DNA of 64,000 bases from contig CP075493.1 in the NCBI GenBank assembly GCA_021613535.1, forward strand, positions 17,484,001 through 17,548,000. The letters are read 5' to 3'. A program made the translations under genes and the position numbers. Origin of the DNA: Adineta vaga. Taxonomy: Eukaryota; Animalia; Rotifera. Below the pieces are notes generated by a model. The model was not told the origin of the DNA. It saw nothing but the letters and a program-made list of their open reading frames with translations, and ran no database searches. This document shows positions 27,716-40,200 of this stretch, piece after piece (the first letter of the stretch is position 1; each line of letters starts with the position of its first letter).

Positions 27716-29422
27716 ATGTCTTTTCATACTGTTATTATCGATGATGAACTTGAACCTGCTAAAGTTCAATTTCCATCCGAGCAATCATCATCTTCTGTAA
27801 CAAACCACTGGCTTTCTAAAATCGAGGAAAATCAAAATTTAAGTCCACATGAATCATTTGAAAATTATTCGTCCTTATATACAGTTTCTAATGGACCGCA
27901 TACAGAAACATCGACAAATGCTGTGTTACAAGCTTTTACTTCGGCTTACAATCAACACCATGATTTAGTGTTGTCTCCAGATGATATGTGGATGGTAGTG
28001 TGTATGAAGTTTGCCGATTATGTCAATGACAATGCTGAACAACTACGCTCTCTCTTTGTCGAGCATCAGGAAGGAAAAATAGAGTTAACTGTTGCAGATC
28101 TTCTTGGAGAAAGGGAATGGGATCAATTCTTCAACGGAATGAAAGTGAAAATAATGAACAATGTCAAAGGTGATGTTTGTAATGTGCTAGCGGCAGATTT
28201 TACAACCACCGGCAAAGTCGAATCGATTCTTTCATCGGCATGTATTATGCATACGTTCAAACCCTACTTCGACTACCGCCGAATGATGTGCATCTGTGGC
28301 ATCCGACAAGTGCATTTTCTGGGTAGCTATATGAGGGTGCAAGACACCTTTGTCATATCCGCATATATAATCTCAATCATTCTGATAAAGAACACCTTAC
28401 TCGTGTAGTTTCTTCTGAACGTCTTTTTTCGACTAATTGTTCTAGCTATATTCGAAACTTTCGAGATCAATCGATCTGATGCGTTATAGCGTTTTCCGGG
28501 AAATTCTCCATTACGGCCATTACGGAAACTAAAAACAATGTTCATAGTGGACATAATCATTATATTGATGAAGTATAAGGCAGTATATATCCATTGTACC
28601 GGTAGTTGCAGCCTTCCTAAAACCGAGATATAACCCTCATCACCCTTCGCGGCACCCTCTATGAAAGTTTTGGTTATTGAGTTTAGAATAACCGCTTGGA
28701 TTGTGAAGAGTTTTTGGAAAATGCTATTTTCGATTTCCAGGAAATTCGTCTCATATCTGAATACATGTAATTTCCGGGAAAACGCTATAGCGCATCATAC
28801 GGATCGATCTGATGAAATATAGTGTAATGCATCCTAGTAAATTTTTAATGAAGTGAAGAATATATTATTGAAGAAAATAGTGTTGCAGAGCAATGCTAAA
28901 TGAATACTGCTTCTCTTTTTAGGCACTCTTAATGACTGGCAATTACTTTATACGAAAGCGCAACAATTACGATCATTCAGCAACAACAAATTTCGTCTCT
29001 ACATCGACGGTATTTTGCCGATCTTCGATGAATTCATAAAAACCTATCAAGGCAATGTGAATAAACAGTTCTGGATTAAAGTATGTGATATCACACGAGA
29101 TACGGGCTTTAGATATGGCGGTGGAGGCTCGGGAAAATTAATCACTGGGTGGGTTCTGCAGCTGTTTGGTTTGGAGGCTGATCGTACGATCGATCCGACT
29201 TATATAAAGCTACCCAATATTCGTGTTCCAGTTAAGCTAGAAGACGAGAAAAGCGGCAAAGTAACGCAGTGTTATATCGTCGGTGGCTTTCATGGTATTT
29301 ACTCGGTAGAGAATCGACACAAGCCTGTCATGAGTTTATCAGTCATTCAAGAGACGAAACCATCTGTATCGAAGGAGAAATTCATGGCTAAACTCAAACA
29401 TGAGTCGAATTTTGAAGAGTAG
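27716..29422 (+). CDS. DUF4419 family protein, 2 exons (27716-28322, 28923-29422)
   Basis: Motifs AYNQHHDLVLSPDDMW, YVNDNAEQLRSLFVEH, DFTTT, CGIRQVHFL|GTLNDW, ITGW. 600-bp GT-AG intron in phase 1. Confidence 0.9.
28328..28837. mobile_element. Probable non-autonomous element (Helitron/MITE-like) in the DUF4419 intron
   Basis: Internal 29-bp inverted repeat (tgatgcgttatagcgttttccgggaaatt ~28477; complement ~28769-28797), ends in CTAG, and the intron is about ten times normal size. Confidence 0.4.
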
Positions 29423-29605
29423 AGATTGGTGCTCATTTTCAAAATGACATAAACAATTCTTTCATTTTATATTACTTCATAGAGTTTTGCTTTGAAACAA
29501 GTTTATAATGCATGATTAATTATCTACCTGACAAAAACTTTAACCAAATCGAAATGCGTCATAGTAGTTCTTTTCTTTTGTATACTTATTTAACAACGAA
29601 TTTAT

Positions 29606-29686
29606 TTGAGGTTGTGGGTGTGGATGTGGGTGGGTGTGGGTAGGTATAGGCGTGAAAGAGGAGATACCCACACCCACACCCACCCT
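29606..29686. repeat. Telomere-like hairpin element
   Basis: ttgaggttgtgggtgtggatgtgggtgggtgtgggt…acccacacccacacccaccct. Confidence 0.85.
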
Positions 29687-30163
29687 TTTTTCTGCTTTCT
29701 TTGACAAATAAATCCAAAGCTAAAATAGAACTTCTTTTTCTTGAAATAAACCCTGATTAATCCAAAATCAGGAAAACCGAATTCGTAAATGAAAACAATC
29801 TACAAAATGATAATTTCCAATCAAAATACATTTCTAGATAACCTACAGACCGAACAACCTTCACTACTAGTCATACGATAGGAGACATTCAAAAAACCCC
29901 ATAACTAACACTTCCTGCGAACATTTCGACCATCTTGATCAAACTCAAACAAAATTTATCATCATCTCACTAATTCCTAAATACATTCCTCAAACTCAAT
30001 TTATGCAGTAATTCTACCATATCTTCTATACAGATGTCGCCCGATCACAGTGTCAAGACCCGATCACCGACTTGTTTCTCAGTCACTCAATTCAATATAT
30101 AAGCAAACCATGAATGAACTATAAAGAGTTGCAATGTCAGCAACTATATAATAACAAAACCCA

Positions 30164-30208
30164 GCCGTCTGAAGAGTCCACTAGCAAGGACGAAATCATG
30201 ATAACGGT
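30164..30208 (+). ncRNA. Minimal type I hammerhead ribozyme
   Basis: Stem I CCGU/ACGG, core CUGAAGA, stem II GUCC/GGAC, GAAA, palindromic stem III AUCAUGAU. Predicted cleavage at AUA after 30203. Confidence 0.8.
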
Positions 30209-30540
30209 AGCTATACTCACCCACACCCACACCCTCGTGAACCACACTGACCCACTGACACCGGTTCTTTCTATGAATAAAAATTTTAAAGTGCGAGAAG
30301 TTACTGATTAACCGATGTAAATAGGATCACGATTAAAACTTGACAGAATCCTAACTGATCCCGACAAGTTGTTTCTAGAGATAATTAGGACTGAGACTAC
30401 TGTCTTTTTTACCGCAGCTAATTGACACATGCACATACTATATCAGAAGTCGATTTATTTATGCAATTTATCAAATTCAACGAATTTTAGTCACATCGCT
30501 GGTAAAGTACCGCTATGTTCTGTTATGTAGTCAATTGAAT

Positions 30541-31794
30541 TTAATGATTCTTTTGTAGAATAATTCGAACCATTTCGAAGAGGATCTTTTTAATATTAAT
30601 ATTAAATTTAGCCGATGTTTCATAGAATGGTATATTGTGTTGACGTGCTAATGATTCGCCAAGTTCACGAGAGACACAGCATTGTTCTGCCATATCACAT
30701 TTATTACCTACTAGAATTTTCGCAACATCATTCGATGCATGTTCATCAATATTACGCAACCATTTATTCATGTTTTCAAATGAATTCGCTTGTGTTACGT
30801 CGTAAACAAAGATTATTCCAGAGGCATTACGATAATAACTTTCTAGAGGTGAAGGAATTTTTTTCTTCTAGATAGTCAGTCATCTTAGAACACACTTACT
30901 AGTGATGCTGAAGAAACGTTCTTGACCGGCAGTAGTCCTGAACAAGGAAGAAAGAATATAATGATCCTAATGATACACTCGTCCAAAGCGCATAGTATGG
31001 TCATCTAAGGGATTATCTTACATTAAAAGGCATCTCAAGTTTACAGTCAATAAGCATGGATGAAGACTTAGTTGATCGTAGATTAATAGAAGTGTGGGAA
31101 CGATTTCTAATTTAAGTCATCTGATTTGAGGTTAAACCAGTTCAAGAATCAATCAGACTGAGAAATGTTTTGTAAAAATACAGATACAATTATTTAAGAT
31201 AAAAAAATACGATTTAAAACATGTTTCAAATACAGATAAAACTGTGTTTATACACTAAGGGCACATTCGGAAAGAGAATCTGAACTGTAACTGAAAAAAG
31301 TAGTGTTGGTGAGATAAAATGCATGGATGTGTTAAAAACCAGACACTTTAATTTCGGTTAAGCTAGCTAAATGTTAATTTTGATCATGTCCACCATCCTG
31401 GACATGCGTAAGTTTGGACTCGTACGTTTCTAGTACAAAATGATGAAAATTGACTTCAAAAGTCATTCATCGATAATGTCAGTTGACATAAATACAGTTA
31501 AATTGATCATCGTATATCAAACAGATGTGCGCAGACGTCTACTTACCATATCTGTAGCTTAATTTTGCGTCCGTCCACTTGAATGGTTTTTACTATAAAG
31601 TCAAGACGGATTGTGGAAATATACGGAGAATTGAATAGGTCATCGCGAAAGCCGAATAAAATGGTACCCTATGGAAAAAGATTCAAACAAGAACTTTCTC
31701 TTCAAAGAATTCATGATACCTTGCCTACACCACTATCACCTATAAGCAATATTTTGAGAGAACGATCGGGTTCCGTTATTCGACGATCATTGTG
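30541..31794 (-). CDS. Atypical Rab8/Rab10-like small GTPase (5' exon not identified)
   Basis: Four spliced exons: KILLIGDSGVGK|GTILFGF…ISTIRLDF…KLQIW|TTAGQERFFSIT|KSYYRNASGIIFVYDVT…LVGNKCD…ETSAK…ILQKNH*. Confidence 0.85.
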
Positions 31795-32591
31795 CTAGAA
31801 AGAAAAGTCAAATAATGTATTACGTTCGGTGCACAGTCAGATATTATATAGAAAGAAAAAGTCTTTTATCATTTTCTGACATTGAAGTCATCATTCCTGC
31901 AATTGATTGACAAAAATATGATGAATCTATCATTTCTCTACCCAATGTTTTGAATTATGATAAATCCAGAAAGTGTGGCGGCTCAGGTGCACCGATTCAA
32001 TTGTCAGATCTCATCGAAATCTTACTGAATCCTATTACTGAAATCCATCTACGCACATCTTCTTCCTAGAAGTAGAATCCAGACAAGAGCTGGAAACTAC
32101 ACCTTCTCTTATATTGGCAATTGTAGAAGCAAGATAAGTCGACCTCTTGTGATGTAAAAGTATGTCATGAGACAGGAACACATTTCCCACAAATTATATA
32201 ATTTTAAATATGGCAACTTACTATTGAGACTCCCGTTCGATCCGAGGAACTGTCGGTTGTGACACATGCTGAACAGTATGAGTTATTGCGTAAAGCAGAC
32301 AATGCCATTTGTATAATTCGGTATGCTATATGAGAATCCGAACAAAACACATTCAATAAAATACTAGCCAAAATCAGTCTAAATACCGTTTAAATAATTA
32401 TGTCGGTACGAATGAATGCGAGTGAACACCGTTTTTGTCTTTTTTTCGAATCGATGGCTCACTACACTCTCTGTCTACGCATTCAGTGTAGTGAGAAATA
32501 TCCATTTTAAAATAAAGAGATTTTTTTCTTTCTGCTCGTTTGATGATAAGGAGAGAGAGAAAAAGTAAAAAGAAACAAAACACTTGCATAG

Positions 32592-33024
32592 TAGGGGTGT
32601 TACTTTATTCTATTTTTCTTTATAGTAAAGAATAAAGTAAAGATTATCTTTATCTTTATAAAATAAAGAATAAAGATAAAGAAATAAAGATAAAGTTAAG
32701 CTTTATTTGTAAAAATAATGAAAAAATAAAGAATAAAGAAATTTTTTCCAATAATTCGTAAATAGATAAATAATTGATATAACAATAGAAAATATTGATG
32801 GCAGTTTCTTCTTTTCATCAGCGACATTCCAACATATGATATAATGCTAACAAATGAGAGTGAGATATAAAAAATTTATGAAAAAACCTTGTTTCACAAA
32901 TTCTTTTCATTCGTGACTTTTTAAGTTTTTGCGATCTATCTGGAGAAGACAAAATTTTAAGTATTTGAGGAAAAAAATTTCATTATTCTTTATTTTATAA
33001 AGGAAAGATAAAGTAACACCCCTA
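32592..33024. mobile_element. hAT-type MITE
   Basis: TIR TAGGGGTGTTACTTTAT / ATAAAGTAACACCCCTA. 8-bp TSD ttgcatag / ctgcatag. Internal ATAAAG repeats. Confidence 0.85.
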
Positions 33025-33106
33025 CTGCATAGTAACTGCTTATTTTCGAATGCTTCGTCAATCACGAAGAAAATTGACTCAGCAAAAACGGAAAAATGCA
33101 TTTACT

Positions 33107-33167
33107 AGGGTGAGTGTGAGTGTGCGGTTGTGAGTATTATCTTCATCTAACACCCACACCCTCAAGA
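33107..33167. repeat. Telomere-like hairpin element
   Basis: agggtgagtgtgagtgtg…cacccacaccctcaaga. Confidence 0.8.
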
Positions 33168-34666
33168 TTTTCTGGCATGAGTCGCTGCTTGTTCCTAAGA
33201 TAGTGTGCTCTAGTTGTCGTGTCTTCTTTGTAGTCATGTCTCAAATAGTGTGAAGATGAAAATATGTATGAAGGAATGATTACGATGATGTTCTATGGTG
33301 ATGTTTTGAGATGTGTTTGTTCTTGAATGGAATAGTGATGTTAGTGAAGATTGATTCGAAAGTTCGTGTGCTTTGAAAATTACAGCATGGATTGGATGTT
33401 GGTAATGTGACATATAGTTGGACGCTTTTTATGATGAAAGTAATACGGGATTTTCTCATGAGATTGTAAAATATCAAGTTTACACGTGTTTGAATGCATA
33501 TGTAAAACCTAACACTTAGGCTTATACGTAAAAACGGGTTGACAATCCTTACTTTAATCGTATTCTTCATAATTCAACATGCGGTAGAGTCAATTTGTTA
33601 TATATATTAATATATTGAAATCAATTACCTCAGATCATTGATTAGATTATAATCGACTAAAAGTGGCAAACCTAAGAAAATCGATTCGTATGTGATTTGA
33701 TTTACATGTATCTGATTTCCCTAGTAAACTTAACAAGTTTGAACAAAATTCTTTAATTGACATATTCGTGTAATTATGTAATAAATTTTTGGAACTAATA
33801 TTACGATCATTACAGCACTGTAAACCATTGGATAAGCCATCAATTATCTAAGTATCATTGATACTGAGGTTTTCCATTTGATACGTATTGTCAAAATTAT
33901 TTTCATATTCTGTAGGATTTTCATTCATTTGATTTTTTAGTAAATAATTATTCTCTACATTTGTTGTAATTTTATTTTGTAAATCGGTATGAGGTGGAAA
34001 TCAGAAAATAATATTCGGCAATTCATAAGCATTTGGTGTTTGTTCATAATGAAGTTTTCTTTTTTTTCATTTTGCTTTCATTATTTATTATTGATCTTTT
34101 TGAGTTTCTGCTTGCAACAAAATCAAGGGCTTCGCCGAAAGCAAAATCTATGCAGATAATACTGATAAAATCTTTAGTTATACAAATATTCTAAATTAAA
34201 ACTACTTCAATATTAATATAATAATATATAAATGATTATATTTAAAAAAAACAAGATATTATTAAGGTTAGCACTGAAAATCTCGAACTTTTCATTTGTA
34301 GAAATATATGGAACATTTCCAGATTTTAAAGAAAATATATCATACAATCATTAGACCGTGCACAGATGTTCTTAGATGGAACGAACGAGACTTGAATAAG
34401 AACTGATAATATAGAAAATTCTCTCATAATTATCATATTTACTTAAATCTCCTATTAGAAATCAATACGATAATAGCTGAAATATACTTATCATGAACTA
34501 TCGAAGAAATAATCTGTAAAATTTTACAATGAGCGTCACCAATCTGAAGTGCAAAAACTATGTGCTCGAATATAAATCAAATACACCTTCTTGAGCATAT
34601 TTTTTTAACGACGGTCAATTCATAATTAGTCATTATGACGCTTAAAAATAATTTTCCGAACGATTA

Positions 34667-34725
34667 CAGTAAAACCTCTCTAATGTGAACACCATTGGAG
34701 CTGTTCACTAGTAGAGGTTTTACTG
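34667..34725. mobile_element. 59-bp Tc1/mariner (pogo-type) MITE
   Basis: TIR CAGTAAAACCTCT / AGAGGTTTTACTG, flanked by TA on both sides. Confidence 0.8.
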
Positions 34726-35389
34726 TAATATAAATATTAATTGTTTAATTACATACACATTAGAAATTCATTTTATAAGTTAAATATAAACACCATTTTT
34801 ATCTGATGTTAATCCACTTTCCTAAAAATTAACGATGAATTTCAACTTGTTTTTATTAGTTTTTAATATATTTTATATTACTACTACTATTATTTAACTC
34901 AGATTAATTTTAATAATTAATGGCAATTGGCAATAAGTGTTGCTGATTCATCTCGCTGTATAGTAATAGTAGGATTATCGAGAGAGAAAGCAATATGACT
35001 TGTATTGACATAAAACAAGTTGAGTTTCTTTTGTTTAAATTATAGACAATTATTAGATTTTTTTCAATGAAAAAATCAATTTTCTTCACCTCATCATTGC
35101 GCAAAGGTTTATTTAATTTTAACAGCATTTTTTTGTCTTATTTTTATTGGCAAGCACTAAATATTTCTTGACATAGACCAAGTATCTGTCGTCAATGAAA
35201 TCTGATTTTTTTTTCTATCTTTCGAATAGAGATATTATCATTTCAATTAATTGGTGAATTTCACTCGATAGGACATAGCCAAATGAGTTTTCTATTTAAA
35301 TGTGAAAGATTAATTCTTCAACAGTATGTTCGCCACATCGTTTAGCTACATACGCAGTTTTCTGATTATTTCCGATGTAATCTCAGTCA

Positions 35390-35779
35390 CTGATTCCGGT
35401 CGGATCTATGTTCATCTTACATGAAAAAATCCGATAAACGGAAATCCTAAATACTTGTATGATCCGACCAGTTCTGATAGCAGTCAATGGATGGTTTTAT
35501 CATCGAATCCTGTCGATGTGAACCTACAAATTCCGATTATTTCTGATGATCGGATTATGTGGAATAAGATCCGAAATGATCAGTTCCTACGATCGGATTC
35601 GGTCGGTTCCATTTGCATGGATCTGATCGGAACCTGGTGTGTCCGGTCGTCGGATATGAAAGGGAAACAGTGGATTGCATCGGAATCCGACAAGAAATAT
35701 CCGACTGAATCCGATCATCCAGATCACAACGGATTTTGCATCCGTCTGGTAGGATCCGATGTACCCGCTTCGACCTGGG
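35390..35779. mobile_element. MITE-like element rich in ATCCGA/TCGGAT motifs, ending GACCTGGG
   Basis: GC-richer block with repeated short motifs. A related CCCAGGTC…ATCCGA piece is nested at ~13707-13754. Confidence 0.5.
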
Positions 35780-36150
35780 GATACTCAAATAACATTTACA
35801 CTTGACAAAAAAATCCTCTATCTGGCAACATATCTTAGTTAGATTTATGGCAGTCCAAATTTAGCTAATTTTAGAGTGTTTTTCAAGTAGCAGTAATATC
35901 CGTGTTTATTCAAAGATATTTCATAACCTATTCGACAATAGAAAATATCGATGCACGATGAAAACATATCTTGTCATCACTGTGTAACGTTATACACATG
36001 AATAGAAAAAACGAAAGATATTATGATAGCCACATGCTTTACGTTGTCATACAAATAAAACTGCTGTGTCACTAATACACGCAGTATATAAAGAATATCA
36101 TTCATTTTGTTTTGTTTTTCTTCTCTCGCTTCAATATTACTATCGATATA

Positions 36151-36372
36151 ATGAGTCAAAATTCTCTCAACATTTTGATATTGGGACTTACACCAAGTAT
36201 AATTGAATCTGCTAGTAACTGGCTTGTTGCCCTTGGTATCGATGTGGGGTCTCTCGCAGTTACAAATACATCATCAAGCGATGCTGAAATTGCTCGTATT
36301 GCAAGTTTAAAAAATTGGAATGGTCTTATAATTGGGTATGGTGTACGAAATGATTCTGAATGGTTCGAACGT
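36151..36372 (+). pseudogene. Truncated small protein gene with WNGLIIGYGVR motif
   Basis: MSQNSLNILILGL…LKNWNGLIIGYGVRNDSEWFER, cut at the MULE TIR. Confidence 0.55.
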
Positions 36373-37268
36373 GGGTTTAGGTAAGTTACTCGCAGGACAG
36401 TTGCACGCGGACACTTGCTCGCTGGACATTTGCTCGAAAGGACACTTGCTCGAAAGGACAGTTCCTCGTTATAACGTTTGATCGTCATGATATTTGATCG
36501 CAAATGGGATAATCGTTAACTTTATTGATAGAATTCAGAGCAAAATAAAATAACTAATTTAGATTTATGTAAAGACGACGAATGATCATTAATTTTGAAA
36601 GATGATTAGCGATAGTCAATCATTATAATCGTATAAAAAGCGATATGGTTGCAGAACAGCTCATTTGAAGAATGGTCATGTCTGTTACTCTTGCAACAAC
36701 TTCGAAAAACGCTCCTTTACTCAGTCACAATGAATATTCTTATATTAAAGATCGACAAAATGAGAAAAAGATACTATGGAAATATTCGTCGTTGGCCACA
36801 AGAAACTAGTACAGCACCAATACCATTGAATATTAATTTCCCAATTATTCCAGATGAATTTTATCGAACAACACGTGATACATTGTTTCTTTGTATAGAT
36901 ACTGGTCCAAATTCTGATCGAATGTTAATTTTTCTCACTGACGAACAACGAGACATTATGGAAAATGCTACGGTAAGTTTTTGCTACGTAATTATAAACT
37001 ATTCCGTATTTTTGGCAGGATTTCTTCATAGACGGGACCTTTAAAGTTGAACCAGAAGTTTCGTTTTCGAGTATTCATAATTCATGCTTTTTATCGTGAT
37101 CATATATTCCCTGTATTATTTGTTCGTCTACCTGGTTTTTGCGAGGAATTGTCCTAACGAGCAACTGTCCGACCGAGCAAATGACCTAGTGAGCAAATGT
37201 CCAGCCAGCAAGTGTCCGCGTGCAACTGTCCAACGACCAACTGTCCTGCGAGCAACTGACCGTCTCCC
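36373..37268 (+). mobile_element. Internally deleted Mutator-like element (MULE)
   Basis: Long TIRs (ggtaagttactcgcaggacagttgcacgcggacacttgc… / …caagtgtccgcgtgcaactgtc…cctgcgagcaactgacc). Transposase relic IPDEFYRTTRDTLFL…DRMLIF…|DFFIDGTFKV with an intron. Confidence 0.85.
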
Positions 37269-37275
37269 CATCGAA

Positions 37276-40200
37276 ATGCCTATTCAATCAAAATTAAGTT
37301 TAGAAACTTTACCAGTTGAATTTGTCTATCGTATTCTCAATCAACTTGATATTTTAACTATTTGTTGGTCATTACAATGTGTTTGTAAACGTTTAAATAC
37401 AATTCTTGATACATATCAACGATATAAAGTATATTTAAATCTTTTAAAAGAATAATTTAAAAAATAATTTAGACACTTAACAATCTTTATTGTCGTTGGA
37501 GAAATGACAAATTCGAAATTTCTGAATGTCAGGTAAATTATTCTATTCAAAAAATGATCATAACTTTAATTTTGATTTTCTAATATCCCATAACGGAAGT
37601 TCAATCATAGATAATATTTAAATTTTGCTCATTTTAAAATAGTCTTGTGAAGGTCTTTATGTAATACATGATTGTCCTATAACTCAAACAAATCATTATC
37701 GTTCTCCAATTGATTATTGGGCTATTCTAAATCGTTATCTGCCTCTTCCAGTTTATCATTTAGCAAAAGTGTTACGATATAATACAGTAAGATTAATTGA
37801 ATTAAATAAAATATTTAGAAAATGAAAATAATTTCTATAGACATTAATTTCATTAAATTTGAACAATTGTATTATTGACAATAAAAGTGCACAATATTTA
37901 AGATTTGCATTAATATATAATACAGTAAAAATGAGTTTTGACATTATTTTTATAAAAACATTTGTTTTTTTCTAGAAACTCAAACAACTCCGTCTCTATG
38001 ATAGTGTAATTAACAAAGAAGGAATTATTGAATTATTAAATGCATTGAAATTAAATTCAGTAAAACTTTCCTCTTATATATTTTTATATTGATTTAGACA
38101 TTAATTGAATTAACAATCCGTGCAATACATGTTGATGATGATCGTATGAATAGTACTTTTTTAATTCTAAATTTAATAAAATATTTCTATTAGACATTGA
38201 AAGAATTATATATTTATCCATGGTTTTAACAATGATAAAATTGAAAAATTACGACAATTGATTCTCATCAAACATGGTCAAATAGTAGGAAAAAAAAACA
38301 TCTTTTGAATTCATATTTCATATATATTGTTTTATAATTAATAAAATAGACATTGACCAAAATCAATTTCGAATCAATGAATTTAAGTGATAAAGAAATC
38401 CAAAATTTAGCTAATGCATTACAAGAAAATCAAGTCAATTTTGTTTTTTCTTCTTTCCAATATATTATTCCATTGTTTATTATAGACATTAATTGATTTA
38501 AATATTGCTGAGAATGAATTTAGTATAGTGAAGGTATTAAATATTTAAGTGATGCATTAAAACGAAATCAAGTCAAATGAAATATTAATTTATCTTTTTT
38601 TTTATAAATCTATTTTTATTCAATTTAGACACTTGTTACACTGAATTTGGATAATAATCAAATAAATACTAATGGTATACAATATTTATCTAATGCATTG
38701 AAAGAAAATAAAGTAATCAGAGTTTTTATTTATATCTTTGAAAGTAAATCTTTATTTCAAATGAATTTAGACACTTAGTAAATTGAGTACGAATAATAAT
38801 GAAATTGATGATGAAGATGCTCAATATTTAGCTGAATTATTGAAAACAAACAATGTTAGATAGATTAATTCTTTATTATTATACATATTTGTATATGATT
38901 TTTCTTTAGATACTCTCTTATTTAAGTCTTTATTCAAATAAAATTACTAATCAAGGTTATTCATATTTAATTAATGTTCTTCAATATAATAAAGTAAATA
39001 AATATCATTTTTAATTCTTTTTAATTCATATTTAGATTTTATATAGACATTAATGATATTATCATTGACTAATTATTCGAATGATCGTTTGGAAAAGCCT
39101 CTAATCGATAAAATTCGTCAAATAAACGTATTTCATAATTTAATTTACTGAAGATAAATTCTTCTAATTTAATCTTTTATTTTAGATATTAACTACAATA
39201 GATTTGAGTAAATATCAAATATCTTATTTTCTAATCGAATTATTTATTATTGCAATGAAAAATAGTTTGGTAAAGTTAATTATTCAATTAATTGATTTTA
39301 AGATTTTTTTTAAATAAGAAAAATAATTCAAAGAATTTTATTTAATATTTAAACAATAGATATTGATCGATTTAAATCTTCAAGGAAATACAATCGATTC
39401 AAAAAGTGTAAAACTTTTAAGTGATATGATAAAAGAAAATAAAGTAAGATCATACTTTTTCTATATATATATATATTATTTCTATTATAATTCTTTTCAT
39501 TTAATTTAGATACTTCAAATATTAAATCTTCAAGACAATACAATTGAAGATAATGGTGCAAAATATTTAGCTGATGGATTAAAAATAAATAAAGTAAAAA
39601 CAATTTCTCTATTTCTACATGTTATCAATATATTTATACTAGCGAGACCTGCGGTGCATATTGCACCGCTATTTTTTATCTTAAATGTAGGATATCGAAC
39701 ATTTCAAGTGACACTGGAAAACAGCCATAGAAATATTATATATTAGACTCGATAGTTTCACAACCTCCCACTCCTATATCTTAAAAATTGAAGGACCCTG
39801 AACCTATAGCACTGTTCAGTTAATACTTGGTCATCTATTCAATTACTCCTTTCGAAGTCAATACGTATCTTAGTATAATATCTGTTCAGGATCTACCGAC
39901 ACCTCTATACAATAGTCCTCTCTGATCTTTCAGTACTCAGATATAACAGCTCTTCAGGACCTACGGATATTGTGACAGTATGTAGTGTTCAGAACCTATC
40001 ATTGCGTCTATAGAGTATCTGGCGTCAAATTTTGAATACCTCCATACAACATACATTTAGGACTTATCGTCATCTCCATTATGTATTTGTTTTGGTTTCA
40101 TCAATGCGAATACAATACGATCCTTGAGGATCAATGGATAGCCCATACTACTATAGCATATCCTTGACGATCTATGACTGTTCTCACAATACAATATTTA

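Noticed and set aside
32805-32825. Minus-strand CTGATGA…GAAAC
   Set aside because: No stem II can form, so it is not a hammerhead.
35455-35805. ORFs on both strands
   Set aside because: They arise from the GC-richer repeat element.
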